A stretch of DNA of 64,000 bases from the NCBI GenBank assembly GCA_963828255.1, contig CAWHDZ010000034.1, positions 64,001-128,000 on the forward strand, in the 5' to 3' direction. The notes under the pieces were generated by a model. The model worked only from the letters and a program-made list of their open reading frames with translations, did no database searches and was not told the DNA's origin. Source of the DNA: an uncultured delta proteobacterium. GTDB taxonomy: Bacteria; Myxococcota; Myxococcia; Myxococcales; Anaeromyxobacteraceae. The translations under genes and the position numbers were made by a program. Of this stretch, positions 31,788 through 41,245 are shown one piece after another. The number at the start of each line of letters is the position of its first letter. The stretch's first letter is position 1.

Positions 31788-33602
31788 ATGGACGCCGTGA
31801 TCCCCGCCGCCCTCGACCGCCTCGCCGGGATCCCCGCCGCGCGCGCGCTCGAGGAGGCTGCCGCCCACCTCGGCGGCGCACCGTCGGCGCTCCTCTCCGG
31901 GCTGGTCCTCGACGGCAGGCTCCTCGAGGCCATCGCGGCGCGCGCCCAGGACGGGGCCCGCGGGTCCGTTTACACCAGTGGTGAAGAGGCCCGGATCCTG
32001 GCCGCCTTCGGGCTGGCCTCGGCGGCCGCCCGACGCGGCGGGCCGGAGCTCCGGCAGGGGGTGAAGCTCCTGCTCGGCGCGGAGCGCCCCGTCGCCTCCC
32101 TGGCCCGGGCCCTCGACGGGCTCGCCGTGCTCGACCCGGCCTGCGGCGGCGGATCGCTCCTCGCCGCGGCCCACGCGATGGCCTCCCGCGCCGGGGCCCG
32201 CCTCCGGCTCGACGGGCTCGAGGTGGCCGCCCTCCCGGCCCGCGCGGCCACGCTCCGCCTGTCCCTGCTCGGCGCCGATGCCACGGTCCTCCGCGCCGAC
32301 GCGCTCTCCCGGCGCTGGCCCCCCTGCGACCTCCTCCTCATGAACCCGCCCTTCCTCCGGCACGAGTCCCTTCCGGAGGCGTGGAAGGAACGGGCCGCCC
32401 GGAAGAGCGGCCTCTCCCGGCAGGCCGACCTCTCGGCCCACCTGGTGCTCCTCGCCCTGCGCCACGCCCCGGTCTGCGGGCTGGTGCTGCCCCGGGCCCT
32501 CGGGACCTCCCGTTCCGCCGCACCGCTCCGGGCCGAGGCGGCCGCCCGCGGCGGCTTCCTGCTCTCGCTCCGCTCCCGGGCCTCGGGGAGCTTCGCGGCC
32601 TCGGTGGAGACTTCGCTCGCCGTCTGGGCGGAGGGGGCATCGGGGCTGCCCGACGCGGAGGCCACCGTCCCGCTCGACCGGCTCTCGGCGGAGGAGCTCT
32701 CCGGGCTGGCGGAGGCCCGGGGGGGGCGCCGGATCCGGCTCGCCCGCGCCGCGCCGGCCCGCCGCGCCGCCCGCCCGCTCTCCGACCTCTGCGACGTCCG
32801 CTTCGGGATGAAGACCGGGGCGAACGCCTTCTTCCACCTCCGGCCGCTGGGCCACGGCCTCTACCGGAGCGCGCTCGGCGGCGAGGTCCGGCTCGCGCCC
32901 TCCGACGTGGCCCCGCTCCTCTCCGGGCTGCGGGACGCGCTTGCGCCGGAGGTGGCGCGGCTCTCCTGGGTGCTCTTCCGCCCCTCCGTTCCCTCCCCGG
33001 CCGCCCTGCGCTACCTGCGCCTGGGTGAGTCACTCGGGGTGAACGAGCGGGCCACCTGCGCCTCGCGCCGCACCTGGTGGCGGGTGGCGCCGGGACGGGG
33101 CCCTGCCCCGGTCCTGTACCCGGCCAAGGTGGGCACCCGGGCCTTCGCCTTCCACAACCGGGACGGGCTGCTCGAGGACAAGAAGTGGCACGCCCTCTTC
33201 CCCCGGGAGGTCGAGCCCTGGATGCTCTCGCTCCTCCTCTCCTCCACCCCGCTCCGGCTCGCCGTGGAGCGGGGCGCCCGGCAGCTCACCGGCGCGCAGG
33301 CCATCGCCGACATCGACTGCGGGGTGCTCTCCGCGATCCCCTTCCCCGACCCGGGCGCGCTCCGGCCGCTGGAGGAGACGCTGCGGGCCCTGCACGACGC
33401 GCTGGCCCGCGACCCGGTCACCACCGACCTGGCGGCCATGCTGGACCGGCCGGCCCAGCGGGAGCTCGATCGGGCCGCCGGCGCGGCGCTGGGGATGTCC
33501 GGCGCCGCGGTGGAGGGGGAGAGGCGGGAACTCCTGCGTCGAAGCACCGAGCGGCTGGCCCGGGCGGCGCAGGTGAGGAAGGCGATCGCGGGGACCCGGT
33601 AG
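31788..33602 (+). CDS. Orphan N6-adenine DNA methyltransferase (gamma class, Eco57I/TaqI-like) with C-terminal target-recognition region
   Basis: Motif I VLDPACGGGSLL precedes motif IV NPPF; VRFGMKTGANAFF; start is ATG 31788 or GTG 31797. Confidence 0.8.
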   Translation: MDAVIPAALDRLAGIPAARALEEAAAHLGGAPSALLSGLVLDGRLLEAIAARAQDGARGSVYTSGEEARILAAFGLASAAARRGGPELRQGVKLLLGAERPVASLARALDGLAVLDPACGGGSLLAAAHAMASRAGARLRLDGLEVAALPARAATLRLSLLGADATVLRADALSRRWPPCDLLLMNPPFLRHESLPEAWKERAARKSGLSRQADLSAHLVLLALRHAPVCGLVLPRALGTSRSAAPLRAEAAARGGFLLSLRSRASGSFAASVETSLAVWAEGASGLPDAEATVPLDRLSAEELSGLAEARGGRRIRLARAAPARRAARPLSDLCDVRFGMKTGANAFFHLRPLGHGLYRSALGGEVRLAPSDVAPLLSGLRDALAPEVARLSWVLFRPSVPSPAALRYLRLGESLGVNERATCASRRTWWRVAPGRGPAPVLYPAKVGTRAFAFHNRDGLLEDKKWHALFPREVEPWMLSLLLSSTPLRLAVERGARQLTGAQAIADIDCGVLSAIPFPDPGALRPLEETLRALHDALARDPVTTDLAAMLDRPAQRELDRAAGAALGMSGAAVEGERRELLRRSTERLARAAQVRKAIAGTR

Positions 33603-33603
33603 A

Positions 33604-34487
33604 TCAGAAGGCGATCTTCGCCGAGGCGGTCGCCATCGGCCCCACCTCGGCGTCGCGGACCCACACCGGGAACCTGGCGCCGACGACCAGCCGGACCACG
33701 TCCAGCGGGAGGACCAGGGCGGCGGTGGCCCAGAGCACCCGCTCGTCCGGCTGGGCCCCCAGCTCGATCTCGTGCTGGTAGTTCAGCTCCAGCTCCGGCT
33801 GCAGCCAGGGCAGCACCTGGTAGCCCGCCGCGGCGTTGCAGACGAGCAGCCCCACGTCGTTGGAGGTGCGGTGGCCCACCGGCGCGCTGAATCCCAGCTC
33901 CGCACCCATCGTGAACGGCCCCCGGTCGAGCGAGGCCAGCAGCGACCCGCCCAGGCTGAAGCTCTCGCGGCTCGTCCCCAGCCGGCCGGGCGCGCCGCGC
34001 GTCCCGGTGGGCACGGTCACGCCGGCGCTCACGGCCAGGTCCAGGGCCGGGTCGGGTAGGGACAGGAACCGGAACCGCAGGGCCACGGTGGTGTCGGCGA
34101 GCCGTTCCCGCTCGAGGGCGCGCCCGGCGCCGGCGGCGCGGCCCGGACCAGCGCCCACCCCACGACGATGCGTCCGTCGAGGTCCGGGACGATCCCCACC
34201 GACAGGGAAGCCGCGACCTGGTGCTGCTCCCCGGAGAGGCGGTCCACGGCGCCGGCGGTGGCCCACCAGGAGGGCGCGTAGGCGATCTCGACCTCCACCC
34301 TGCCCGGCTCGAGGGTGGTCGCGTCGCCGGTGAAGGCCTTGCCGTGCTCCAGGGAGAGCGGCGGGGAAGGCGCATCGAGGGAGGTCTCCACCGCCGCGTC
34401 GGGCGGCGCACCGGCGTCGGCGGCGCGGGCGAGCGCCGGAAGCAGGAGGAGGATCCCGGCGAAAACGATATTGAGAATGATTCTCAT
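33604..34487 (-). pseudogene. Outer-membrane beta-barrel channel (phenol MetA-pathway/'transporter'-like) split by a 1-nt frameshift near 34101; pseudogene or sequencing error
   Basis: Signal peptide and DATTLEPGRVEVE in ORF 34029..34487; (G)LADTTVALRFRF...VTVPTG and terminal Phe (AKIAF) in another frame ending at 33604. Confidence 0.75.
34472..34486. promoter_or_regulatory. Fur-family 7-1-7 operator-like palindrome
   Basis: TGAGAAT-G-ATTCTCA perfect inverted repeat within an AT-rich patch; close to the Fur consensus TGATAATnATTATCA. Confidence 0.65.
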
Positions 34488-34532
34488 GATCCGGAGCGTA
34501 CCGGATCCAGGAATCCCGCTCCTTGCGCCCGA

Positions 34533-34844
34533 TCAAGTCCGGCGGCGCAGCAGCACCACCTGCCCCGCGCGCGCGGGCGGAGGGGCACGCACCCCCGCCG
34601 CCACCGCGTCGTGGGCGTCCCGCAGCGCGCCCCGCAGCGTGGCGCGCAGCGCCTCCTCGCCGAGGAATGGCGCCGTCGCCTCCAGCGCAGTCACCGCCTT
34701 GCCGAAGAGGCGCAGGATCTGGGTTCGGTGGGCGGTCACGACCCGCCGGTCGTAGGAGACGCCCAGCGCCTCGAAGAAGTCCTCGGCCCGCTCGACCTGG
34801 CCGAGCTCCGGGAGTGGCGCTCCGATCGGATGGCCCCCGCTCAC
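34533..34844 (-). CDS. nifW: Nitrogenase-stabilising protein NifW-like
   Basis: GTGA overlap with the nifB stop; AEDFFEALGVSYDRRVVTAHRTQILRLF resembles the NifW core. Confidence 0.75.
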   Translation of the reverse strand: MSGGHPIGAPLPELGQVERAEDFFEALGVSYDRRVVTAHRTQILRLFGKAVTALEATAPFLGEEALRATLRGALRDAHDAVAAGVRAPPPARAGQVVLLRRRT

Positions 34845-36283
34845 GCGACCTCCACGCGCGGCACCGGCGCATCCTCGCGCGCCTCGAGCCACTCGAGAAG
34901 CGCCGCCTCGATGGGACGGTGGGCCTGGGCCTGCGAGGCCTCGATCCCCGCCGCGGCGAGCTGGCCCTGGGGACAGCGCCCGATGCGGGCCACCAGCACG
35001 GCCTTGCAGTCGGAGAGGGCGCGCACCGTCCCCTCGAGCGCGTCGTCGTCACCGTCGCCGCCGGCGCAGTAGGTCCCGGCGGCCCGCCGCCCCACCAGCT
35101 GCACTCCCGCCCGGGACACGTCGTAGACCAGGAACTCGGTGGCGTGGCCGAAGTGCTGGTCCACGATCCCGCCGCTCCTCGAGGCCACGGCGACCCGGAT
35201 CGGCGCCGCGGGGCCCCGTCCGGAGAGCCGCACCAGGACCGCGTCCCGCTCCCTCGCCGCAGCGGCACGGACCCGCCCGACCGCGGCGCGCCTCTCGGCC
35301 CGCAGCTCGCTGGCGTCGCGCGCCGGTTCCGGCGGCAGCCGCGCCAGGGTGAAGGACTCGAACCGGTCCTCGCCCAGCCGCCCCACCGCGTCGGCCCGGC
35401 ACTGCCGGCAGTGGCGCATGAGCCGCGCGTCCACCTCGCAGGCCCGCTGCACCGCCTCGAGCTCTGCGGCGTCCGGGCCGCGCTGCCCGGTGAGGCCGAA
35501 GTGGGTGCCGTGCTCCGGCGCGGAGAGGAGCGGCACCAGGTTCACCATGAAGGCGCCGGCCGCCCGCACCGCCCTCGCCACGTCGGGGAGGTGTCCGTCG
35601 TTCACGCCGGGGATGACCACGGAGTTGACCTTCACCAGCACCCCGCGCTCCCGCAGCCTGGCGATGCCCTCGAGCTGCTGCCCGGAGAGGATCCGGGAGG
35701 CCTCGGCCCCGCGGACCTTCTTGCCGTTCCAGTGGACCCACGGGTAGATCCGCTCCCCCACGGCCGGATCGGTCATGTTGACGGTCACGGTGACGTGGCG
35801 GACACCCAGCGAGACCAGCCGGTCCACGTGCCCGGGCAGGGCGAGGCCATTGGTGGAGAGGCACAGGGTCAGGTCGGGCGCGGCCCGGGCGATGCCCTCG
35901 AGGGTCTGGAAGGTCGCCTCCGGGTTGGCCAGCCCGTCCCCCGGCCCGGCGATGCCCACCACCGCGAGCTCGGGCACCTGCTCGGCCACGGCCAGCACCT
36001 TGCGGACGGCGTCCTCCGGGCGGAGCCGCTCCGAGACCACGCCGGGACGGCTCTCGTTGGAGCAGTCGTACTTCCGGTTGCAGTAGTTGCACTGGATGTT
36101 GCACGCCGGGGCCACCGCCACGTGCATCCGCGCGAAGTGATGGTGGGCCTCCTCGCTGTAGCAGGGGTGGTTCGCGACCTGCGCCGCCACATCGGCCGGA
36201 AGGGGCTGGGCCGGCTGGCCGGCCTCGCCGCACCCGCGGCCGAACGTGCAGTTGGATGCCGGTACGACGGGCAGGACGCTCAT
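34841..36283 (-). CDS. nifB: FeMo-cofactor biosynthesis radical SAM protein NifB with C-terminal NifX-like domain
   Basis: HPCYS, CNIQCNYC, ESRPG, IAGPGD, MRHCRQCRADAVG, DQHFGHA. Confidence 0.97.
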   Translation of the reverse strand: MSVLPVVPASNCTFGRGCGEAGQPAQPLPADVAAQVANHPCYSEEAHHHFARMHVAVAPACNIQCNYCNRKYDCSNESRPGVVSERLRPEDAVRKVLAVAEQVPELAVVGIAGPGDGLANPEATFQTLEGIARAAPDLTLCLSTNGLALPGHVDRLVSLGVRHVTVTVNMTDPAVGERIYPWVHWNGKKVRGAEASRILSGQQLEGIARLRERGVLVKVNSVVIPGVNDGHLPDVARAVRAAGAFMVNLVPLLSAPEHGTHFGLTGQRGPDAAELEAVQRACEVDARLMRHCRQCRADAVGRLGEDRFESFTLARLPPEPARDASELRAERRAAVGRVRAAAARERDAVLVRLSGRGPAAPIRVAVASRSGGIVDQHFGHATEFLVYDVSRAGVQLVGRRAAGTYCAGGDGDDDALEGTVRALSDCKAVLVARIGRCPQGQLAAAGIEASQAQAHRPIEAALLEWLEAREDAPVPRVEVA

Positions 36284-36294
36284 GTCACCCTCGG

Positions 36295-36558
36295 TCAAGC
36301 GTGGAGCGGCTCGAAGCTGAACGCGTCCTTCTTGCAGGTGCGGCCGCAGGCCTCGCAGCCGATGCAGGCCTCGGAGTTGGCCACGGTGGCGTACATCTTG
36401 GCCGACTCCTCCTCGTCCACCTCGGTCGGCGCCAGCACGTCGTGCGCGCAGATCTTGATGCAGCGGCCGCAGCCGATGCACTTCTCCGGGTCCACCGCGC
36501 GCACGAACCGCGGGGTCCACTCCTGCCTGCCTCGGGTGAGTCCGGTGATGTACGCCAT
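36295..36558 (-). CDS. nif-specific 2[4Fe-4S] ferredoxin (ferredoxin III/FdxB-like)
   Basis: WTPRFV, CIGCGRCIKIC, CIGCEACGRTC; SD GGAGGAG. Confidence 0.9.
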   Translation of the reverse strand: MAYITGLTRGRQEWTPRFVRAVDPEKCIGCGRCIKICAHDVLAPTEVDEEESAKMYATVANSEACIGCEACGRTCKKDAFSFEPLHA

Positions 36559-36595
36559 GGTGTCTCCTCCTCGCGGGCGCGGTGCGCACGCACCT

Positions 36596-36982
36596 TCAGT
36601 CCACAGACTCCGTCGATCCGATCCCCTGCTCCATCGCCTTGCGGAGCCAGGGCGGCGGCCTTCCACGCAGGACCTCCTGCAACTTCGCGACCACCTCCTC
36701 GATGGCCACCGGCGCCCCGGTCTTCATGGGGTGGATCCGCCGGGCCACGAGCTTGGCCGCGGCCGGTCCGCCGATCTTGACCGTGTAGACGATGGCGCAT
36801 CCGGCGATGGCGCTGGCCCGCGCGGAGATGCGATCCTCCTCGTCGTCCGAGGTGGTGATGGCGGAGACCGCTCCCACCGGCTCGGCGCTGTCCGGCCCGA
36901 CGTCCCAGATGCGGAACTGTCCGGCCATGCCGAAGTGCTCGTCGATGGTGCGGCCGTCGCTGCTCGTGAACGCCACCTTCAT
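36596..36982 (-). CDS. nifX: Nitrogen fixation protein NifX
   Basis: MKVAFTSSDG...IDEHFG, IGGPAAAKLV...IHPMK, PPPWLRKAM. Confidence 0.95.
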   Translation of the reverse strand: MKVAFTSSDGRTIDEHFGMAGQFRIWDVGPDSAEPVGAVSAITTSDDEEDRISARASAIAGCAIVYTVKIGGPAAAKLVARRIHPMKTGAPVAIEEVVAKLQEVLRGRPPPWLRKAMEQGIGSTESVD

Positions 36983-36996
36983 GACCCGCTCCTCCC

Positions 36997-39756
36997 TCAG
37001 TTGTGGGCCAGCCGCTGGGCCTCGGACGAGGTGGACTGCAAGAGATTGGCCACCTCGAAGACCAGGTTCTGCGTGCCGCGGTATCCGGCCCAGACCCGGG
37101 CGTGGGCGCCCAGCCGATCGAAGACCGGGTAGCCGGCCCGCAGGTGGGCCTTCACCCCCAGCTTCGCGGCGGCCTGCCGGCCATTGGAGTTGGCGACGAT
37201 GAGGTCCACGCCCCGGGCCGCGTTCTCGAGGTCCTCGAGGTCCCCCACCCGGACGTCGTCGCAGGGCAGCGCGTGCAGCCCGCGGGTCCGGGTGGCCGAG
37301 AGCGCCGTCCGGACGTCGCACCCCATCCCGGCCAGGAAGCGGGTCATGGCCTTCAGCGCGTCCGACTCGAGCGCCACGGCGACCTTCTTGGCCCCGAACT
37401 GGTAGTGGCTGTCCGCCATGGCGTCCATGAGGCGGCTCCGGGCCCGGCGAAGCGTCTCGGGCGCCGGGCGCCCGGAAAGCGACGACAGCAGCGACACCAG
37501 GTGGTCCACCTCAGCGAGGCCGGTGACCGAGTTCATCCCGTAGGCCGGGACGCCGTGCGTCTCCTGGAGGAGCCGGGCGGCCGCGTGCAGGGAGTCGCCC
37601 ACGTGGATGGTGGCGACGCTCCGCCCTGCCAGCCGGATCCCCTCGACGGGGATCCCGCCGGTCGACAGCGGCGAGACCACGTCGTCCACGTGGCCGTCGA
37701 GGGCGTTGGCGGTGTCGGGGATGCAGAGCACGCGGAAGCCGAAGGCCTCGACGATCCCCTTCACCTCCTCCACGTCGGCGGGGGTCAGGTGCGCGCCGGG
37801 CAACAGATTCACCTGGTCGGGAATGGTGGGGCCTCCCTCGGCCAGGGTGGCGAGGAGCGCCTCCACCGCCGCCGCGTACCCCTCCTGCAGCGAGCCGCAG
37901 TAGTCGGGCGTGGAGGCCCACACCACCGGCGTGCCAGCCAGGTCGGGGCGTTCGACCCGGAACTGGGCGATGGCGCTCCGCACGTCGTCCCCCATGGTCT
38001 CGGTGAGCCCCGAGGTCATGACGCCCACCACGGCGGGGTGGAACTTCTCGATGACCCGGGTGACGCCGGACTTGAGATTTCTCCAGCCTCCGAAGATGGC
38101 CGCGTCCTCGCTCATGGCGGTGGAGTTGAGCGCCACCGACTCCTTGAAGTGGCGGGAGAGCTGGAGCCGGATGAACGTGGAGCAGCCCTGCGCGCCGTGC
38201 AGGAGCCCGAGCATCCCGTCCACGCCCAGGTAGGCCAGCGTGGCCCCCAGCGCCGGCGAGTTCTTCTGCGGATTCACCGTGGCGGCCTTCGACGGGACCT
38301 TCACCCGCGAGGCGGCCAGGTCCTCGGACAGGAAGGCGGCGGCGTGGCCGGCGGCCGTGGTCCGGTGGGTGGCGCGCTCGCCCTCGAGCAGCTCCCAGGG
38401 CGCCCGGGCGTTCATGGCCGGGAAGATGGGGCTGTTCACCGTGAGGTCGAGCTGCCGGGCGAAGGTGACCATGCCCTCGTAGCCGGCGTAGGGGTGGGCC
38501 CGGCCGTGGTTGATGTCGAGGAAGGGGGTGCGGGTCTTCAGCGCCAGGTACTTGGTCTTGCCGCCGGCCACCACCAGGTCGGGCATCTTCTCGCGCATCA
38601 CCGCGATGAGCCCGGCGGTGGAGGTGTCCTCGATGATCCGGGCGTCGGCGTGCATCTGGGCCTTCATCCGCTGGAAGTCCTCCAGCGTGGAGTTCTGGGT
38701 GCCGGCCGCCAGCACCTCGACCTCGAGCTCGCGCAGCGCGTCCACCATCGACCAGGTCTTCACCCCGCCGGTGAAGAGCACGGCCCGCTTCCCGGCGAGG
38801 CGCCTGCGGTGGGGCTCGATGCGCGCCCGGCACCTGGCCTCCTCCTCGGCTACCAGCGCCTCCACCCGGTCGCGCATGGTGGTGTCGGATTCGCCGCCGT
38901 TCCCGAGATCGAGCTCCCGGGCCATGTCGCGCAGCGCCCGGGCGGTGTCGGTCATCCCGTAGAAGGACTCCTCCAGGTAGGGGATGCCCCAGCGCTTCCT
39001 CATCTTCCGGGCCAGGTTCGTCAGGCTCTTCGAGCAGATGATGACGTTGAGGCGCGCGCGGTGGGCCCAGCGCAGCTCCTCGAAGCGCGCGTCGCCGCTG
39101 ATGCAGGAGAGGATCCGGATGCCCAGCCGGTCGAAGAGCGGCTCCATGCCCCAGCGATCGCCGGCGATGTTGTACTCGCCGATGAGGTTCACGTCGTAGG
39201 GAGTGGTGCGCTCCGGCTCGGCCGTGCCGATGACCCGGTCGAGCAGGATCTCCCCGGCCAGCCGGTTGCCGATGTTCTTGTCGCCGATGAACCCGGGGGT
39301 GTTCACCGGGATGACCGGGATGGAGACCTCGGTGGCGGCCCGCGCGCAGACCGCCTCCACGTCGTCTCCGGTCATGGATGTGACGCAGGTGGCGTAGACG
39401 AAGATGGCCTTGGCCTCGGCGGCGTAGCGCGCCGCCAGGTCGAGGATGGCGGCGTGGAGCTTCCTCTCCCCGCCGAAGACCACGTCGTTCTCCAGCATCT
39501 CGGTGGTGAAGCCGCGCCGGAAGAGCTGCGCGCCCGACGAGCGGGCCCCCCGGTTGTCCCAGGAGTTGCCGGCGCAGGCGATGGGGCCGTGCACCAGGTG
39601 GATGACGTCGGTGACCGGCATCAGCACCACCCGGGCCCCGTCGTAGGCGCAGCTTCGCTCCGCCCCCTCGCCGGGCTCGGACTTCTTGCAGAACCTCGGC
39701 GCGCCCTTCTCCGCGGTGTCGCACTCCGGGGCGTCGTACCAGTCGGGCCTGGCCAT
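36997..39756 (-). CDS. nifEN: Fused FeMo-co scaffold NifEN
   Basis: NifE half (CAYDGA, HGPIAC, YATC, IICSKS) continuous with NifN half (VNPQKNSPALGA, HGAQGC, GYPVFDRLG). Confidence 0.95.
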   Translation of the reverse strand: MARPDWYDAPECDTAEKGAPRFCKKSEPGEGAERSCAYDGARVVLMPVTDVIHLVHGPIACAGNSWDNRGARSSGAQLFRRGFTTEMLENDVVFGGERKLHAAILDLAARYAAEAKAIFVYATCVTSMTGDDVEAVCARAATEVSIPVIPVNTPGFIGDKNIGNRLAGEILLDRVIGTAEPERTTPYDVNLIGEYNIAGDRWGMEPLFDRLGIRILSCISGDARFEELRWAHRARLNVIICSKSLTNLARKMRKRWGIPYLEESFYGMTDTARALRDMARELDLGNGGESDTTMRDRVEALVAEEEARCRARIEPHRRRLAGKRAVLFTGGVKTWSMVDALRELEVEVLAAGTQNSTLEDFQRMKAQMHADARIIEDTSTAGLIAVMREKMPDLVVAGGKTKYLALKTRTPFLDINHGRAHPYAGYEGMVTFARQLDLTVNSPIFPAMNARAPWELLEGERATHRTTAAGHAAAFLSEDLAASRVKVPSKAATVNPQKNSPALGATLAYLGVDGMLGLLHGAQGCSTFIRLQLSRHFKESVALNSTAMSEDAAIFGGWRNLKSGVTRVIEKFHPAVVGVMTSGLTETMGDDVRSAIAQFRVERPDLAGTPVVWASTPDYCGSLQEGYAAAVEALLATLAEGGPTIPDQVNLLPGAHLTPADVEEVKGIVEAFGFRVLCIPDTANALDGHVDDVVSPLSTGGIPVEGIRLAGRSVATIHVGDSLHAAARLLQETHGVPAYGMNSVTGLAEVDHLVSLLSSLSGRPAPETLRRARSRLMDAMADSHYQFGAKKVAVALESDALKAMTRFLAGMGCDVRTALSATRTRGLHALPCDDVRVGDLEDLENAARGVDLIVANSNGRQAAAKLGVKAHLRAGYPVFDRLGAHARVWAGYRGTQNLVFEVANLLQSTSSEAQRLAHN

Positions 39757-39762
39757 CGGGGC

Positions 39763-41232
39763 TCACCGCATCATCTCGAAGTGGCGCTCCTCGCAGGTCT
39801 CGTCCTTGAGATCGAGGAACTTGTTGCAGATCTCGGTGAGCATGTTCACCGCGCCGGTGTAGCCGACGATGGGGGAGCGGTGCCGGTTCACCCGGTCGAA
39901 GACCGGGAAGCCGAAGCGGAAGAGCGGGATCCTGGCGTCGCGGGCGGCGAACTTGCCGTGCGTGTCCCCGAGCAGCCCATCGACCGGGTCGGTCATGAGG
40001 AGCGAGCGGAGGTGCCAGAGGTCCCGGTTCATCCAGATGTGCGCACCCTTGCCGTAGGGCGAGGCGTCGAGCAGCGCCTGGACGTCCTTCTCGATCTTCT
40101 TCGAGCCCTTGGAGCAGAGGACGTGGTGGGGCGTGGCGCCCATCTCGAGCAGGAACGCGACGTAGCCCAGGATGAGGTCGGCGTCCCCGTAGACCGCGAA
40201 CTTCTTGCCGTGCATGTACTGCTGGGCGTCGGTCATGGCGTCCACGGCCCGGCCCCGCTCGGCCTTGAGCACGTCGGGAACGGGCCGGTCGAAGAGCTCG
40301 GAGAGCTTGAGGAGGAGCGCATCCGTCCTGGCGATCCCCATCGGCATGGGGAGCGACGCGTGGACCCCGGAGAAGTTCTCCTTGATCCAGGGGAAGGTCT
40401 TCAGGGTCGCGTAGGGGGCCAGGGTCAGCGTGGCCTTGCCGTTCACCGCGTCGGCGGCCTCGACGAGCGGGGTTCCGCCCGGGTAGAGCCGGTAATTGCC
40501 GTCGTTGGGAGAGTCGAAGGTCTCGGAGATGTCGGCCAGCATCGTGAACGGGATGCCGAAGGCGTCGAGGATCCGCTTGTACTCCCGGTAATTGGCGGTG
40601 TTGGCGTCGAAGCCGGGAATGACGTTCAGCTTGCCGGTGCAGCGCCCCTCGATCTTCTTCCCCTCGGTGAGGGTCTGGAGGATCGAGAGCAGCATGGCGT
40701 CGTAGCCGGTCACGTGCGAGCCGTTGAAGCTCGGGGTGTTGGCGTACGGCACGGGCAGCTCCTTGGGCACGAACCCCTTCTGCCGGGCGTTCTTGATGAA
40801 GGCCGAGAGGTCGTCGCCGATCACCTCGGGCATGCAGGAGGTGAAGACCGCCACCATCTTGGGGTGGTAGAGGGCGATGACGTTCTCCAGCCCCTCGTGC
40901 AGGTTGTTCTGCCCGCCGAAGACGGCGCCGTCCTCGGTCATGGCGTCGGAGACCGCCGGGGCCGGCTCCCGGAAGTGCCGGTTCAGGGTGGAGCGGTAGT
41001 ACGACGCGCAGCCCTGGGAACCGTGGGTGAAGGGCATCGTGCCCTCGAAGCCGTGGGCGCAGAGCTCGGCCCCGAGCGGCTGGCAGCCGTGGGCCGGGTT
41101 GATGACCAGGGCCTGGCGGGCGAAGTTCTTCTCCCGGTACTCCGGGGTGTCGATCCAGGCGGAGACGCGGGCCTCGTCCTCCGGGGTGATGCCGGAGACG
41201 GGCTTGACGGTGAGTCCGAGTTCGTTGGCCAT
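39763..41232 (-). CDS. nifK: Nitrogenase MoFe protein beta chain
   Basis: INPAHGCQPLG, HGSQGC, TSCMPEVIGDD, TPSF.GSH.TGYD, GFPVFDR. Confidence 0.98.
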   Translation of the reverse strand: MANELGLTVKPVSGITPEDEARVSAWIDTPEYREKNFARQALVINPAHGCQPLGAELCAHGFEGTMPFTHGSQGCASYYRSTLNRHFREPAPAVSDAMTEDGAVFGGQNNLHEGLENVIALYHPKMVAVFTSCMPEVIGDDLSAFIKNARQKGFVPKELPVPYANTPSFNGSHVTGYDAMLLSILQTLTEGKKIEGRCTGKLNVIPGFDANTANYREYKRILDAFGIPFTMLADISETFDSPNDGNYRLYPGGTPLVEAADAVNGKATLTLAPYATLKTFPWIKENFSGVHASLPMPMGIARTDALLLKLSELFDRPVPDVLKAERGRAVDAMTDAQQYMHGKKFAVYGDADLILGYVAFLLEMGATPHHVLCSKGSKKIEKDVQALLDASPYGKGAHIWMNRDLWHLRSLLMTDPVDGLLGDTHGKFAARDARIPLFRFGFPVFDRVNRHRSPIVGYTGAVNMLTEICNKFLDLKDETCEERHFEMMR

Positions 41233-41245
41233 GGCATCCTTCCGA

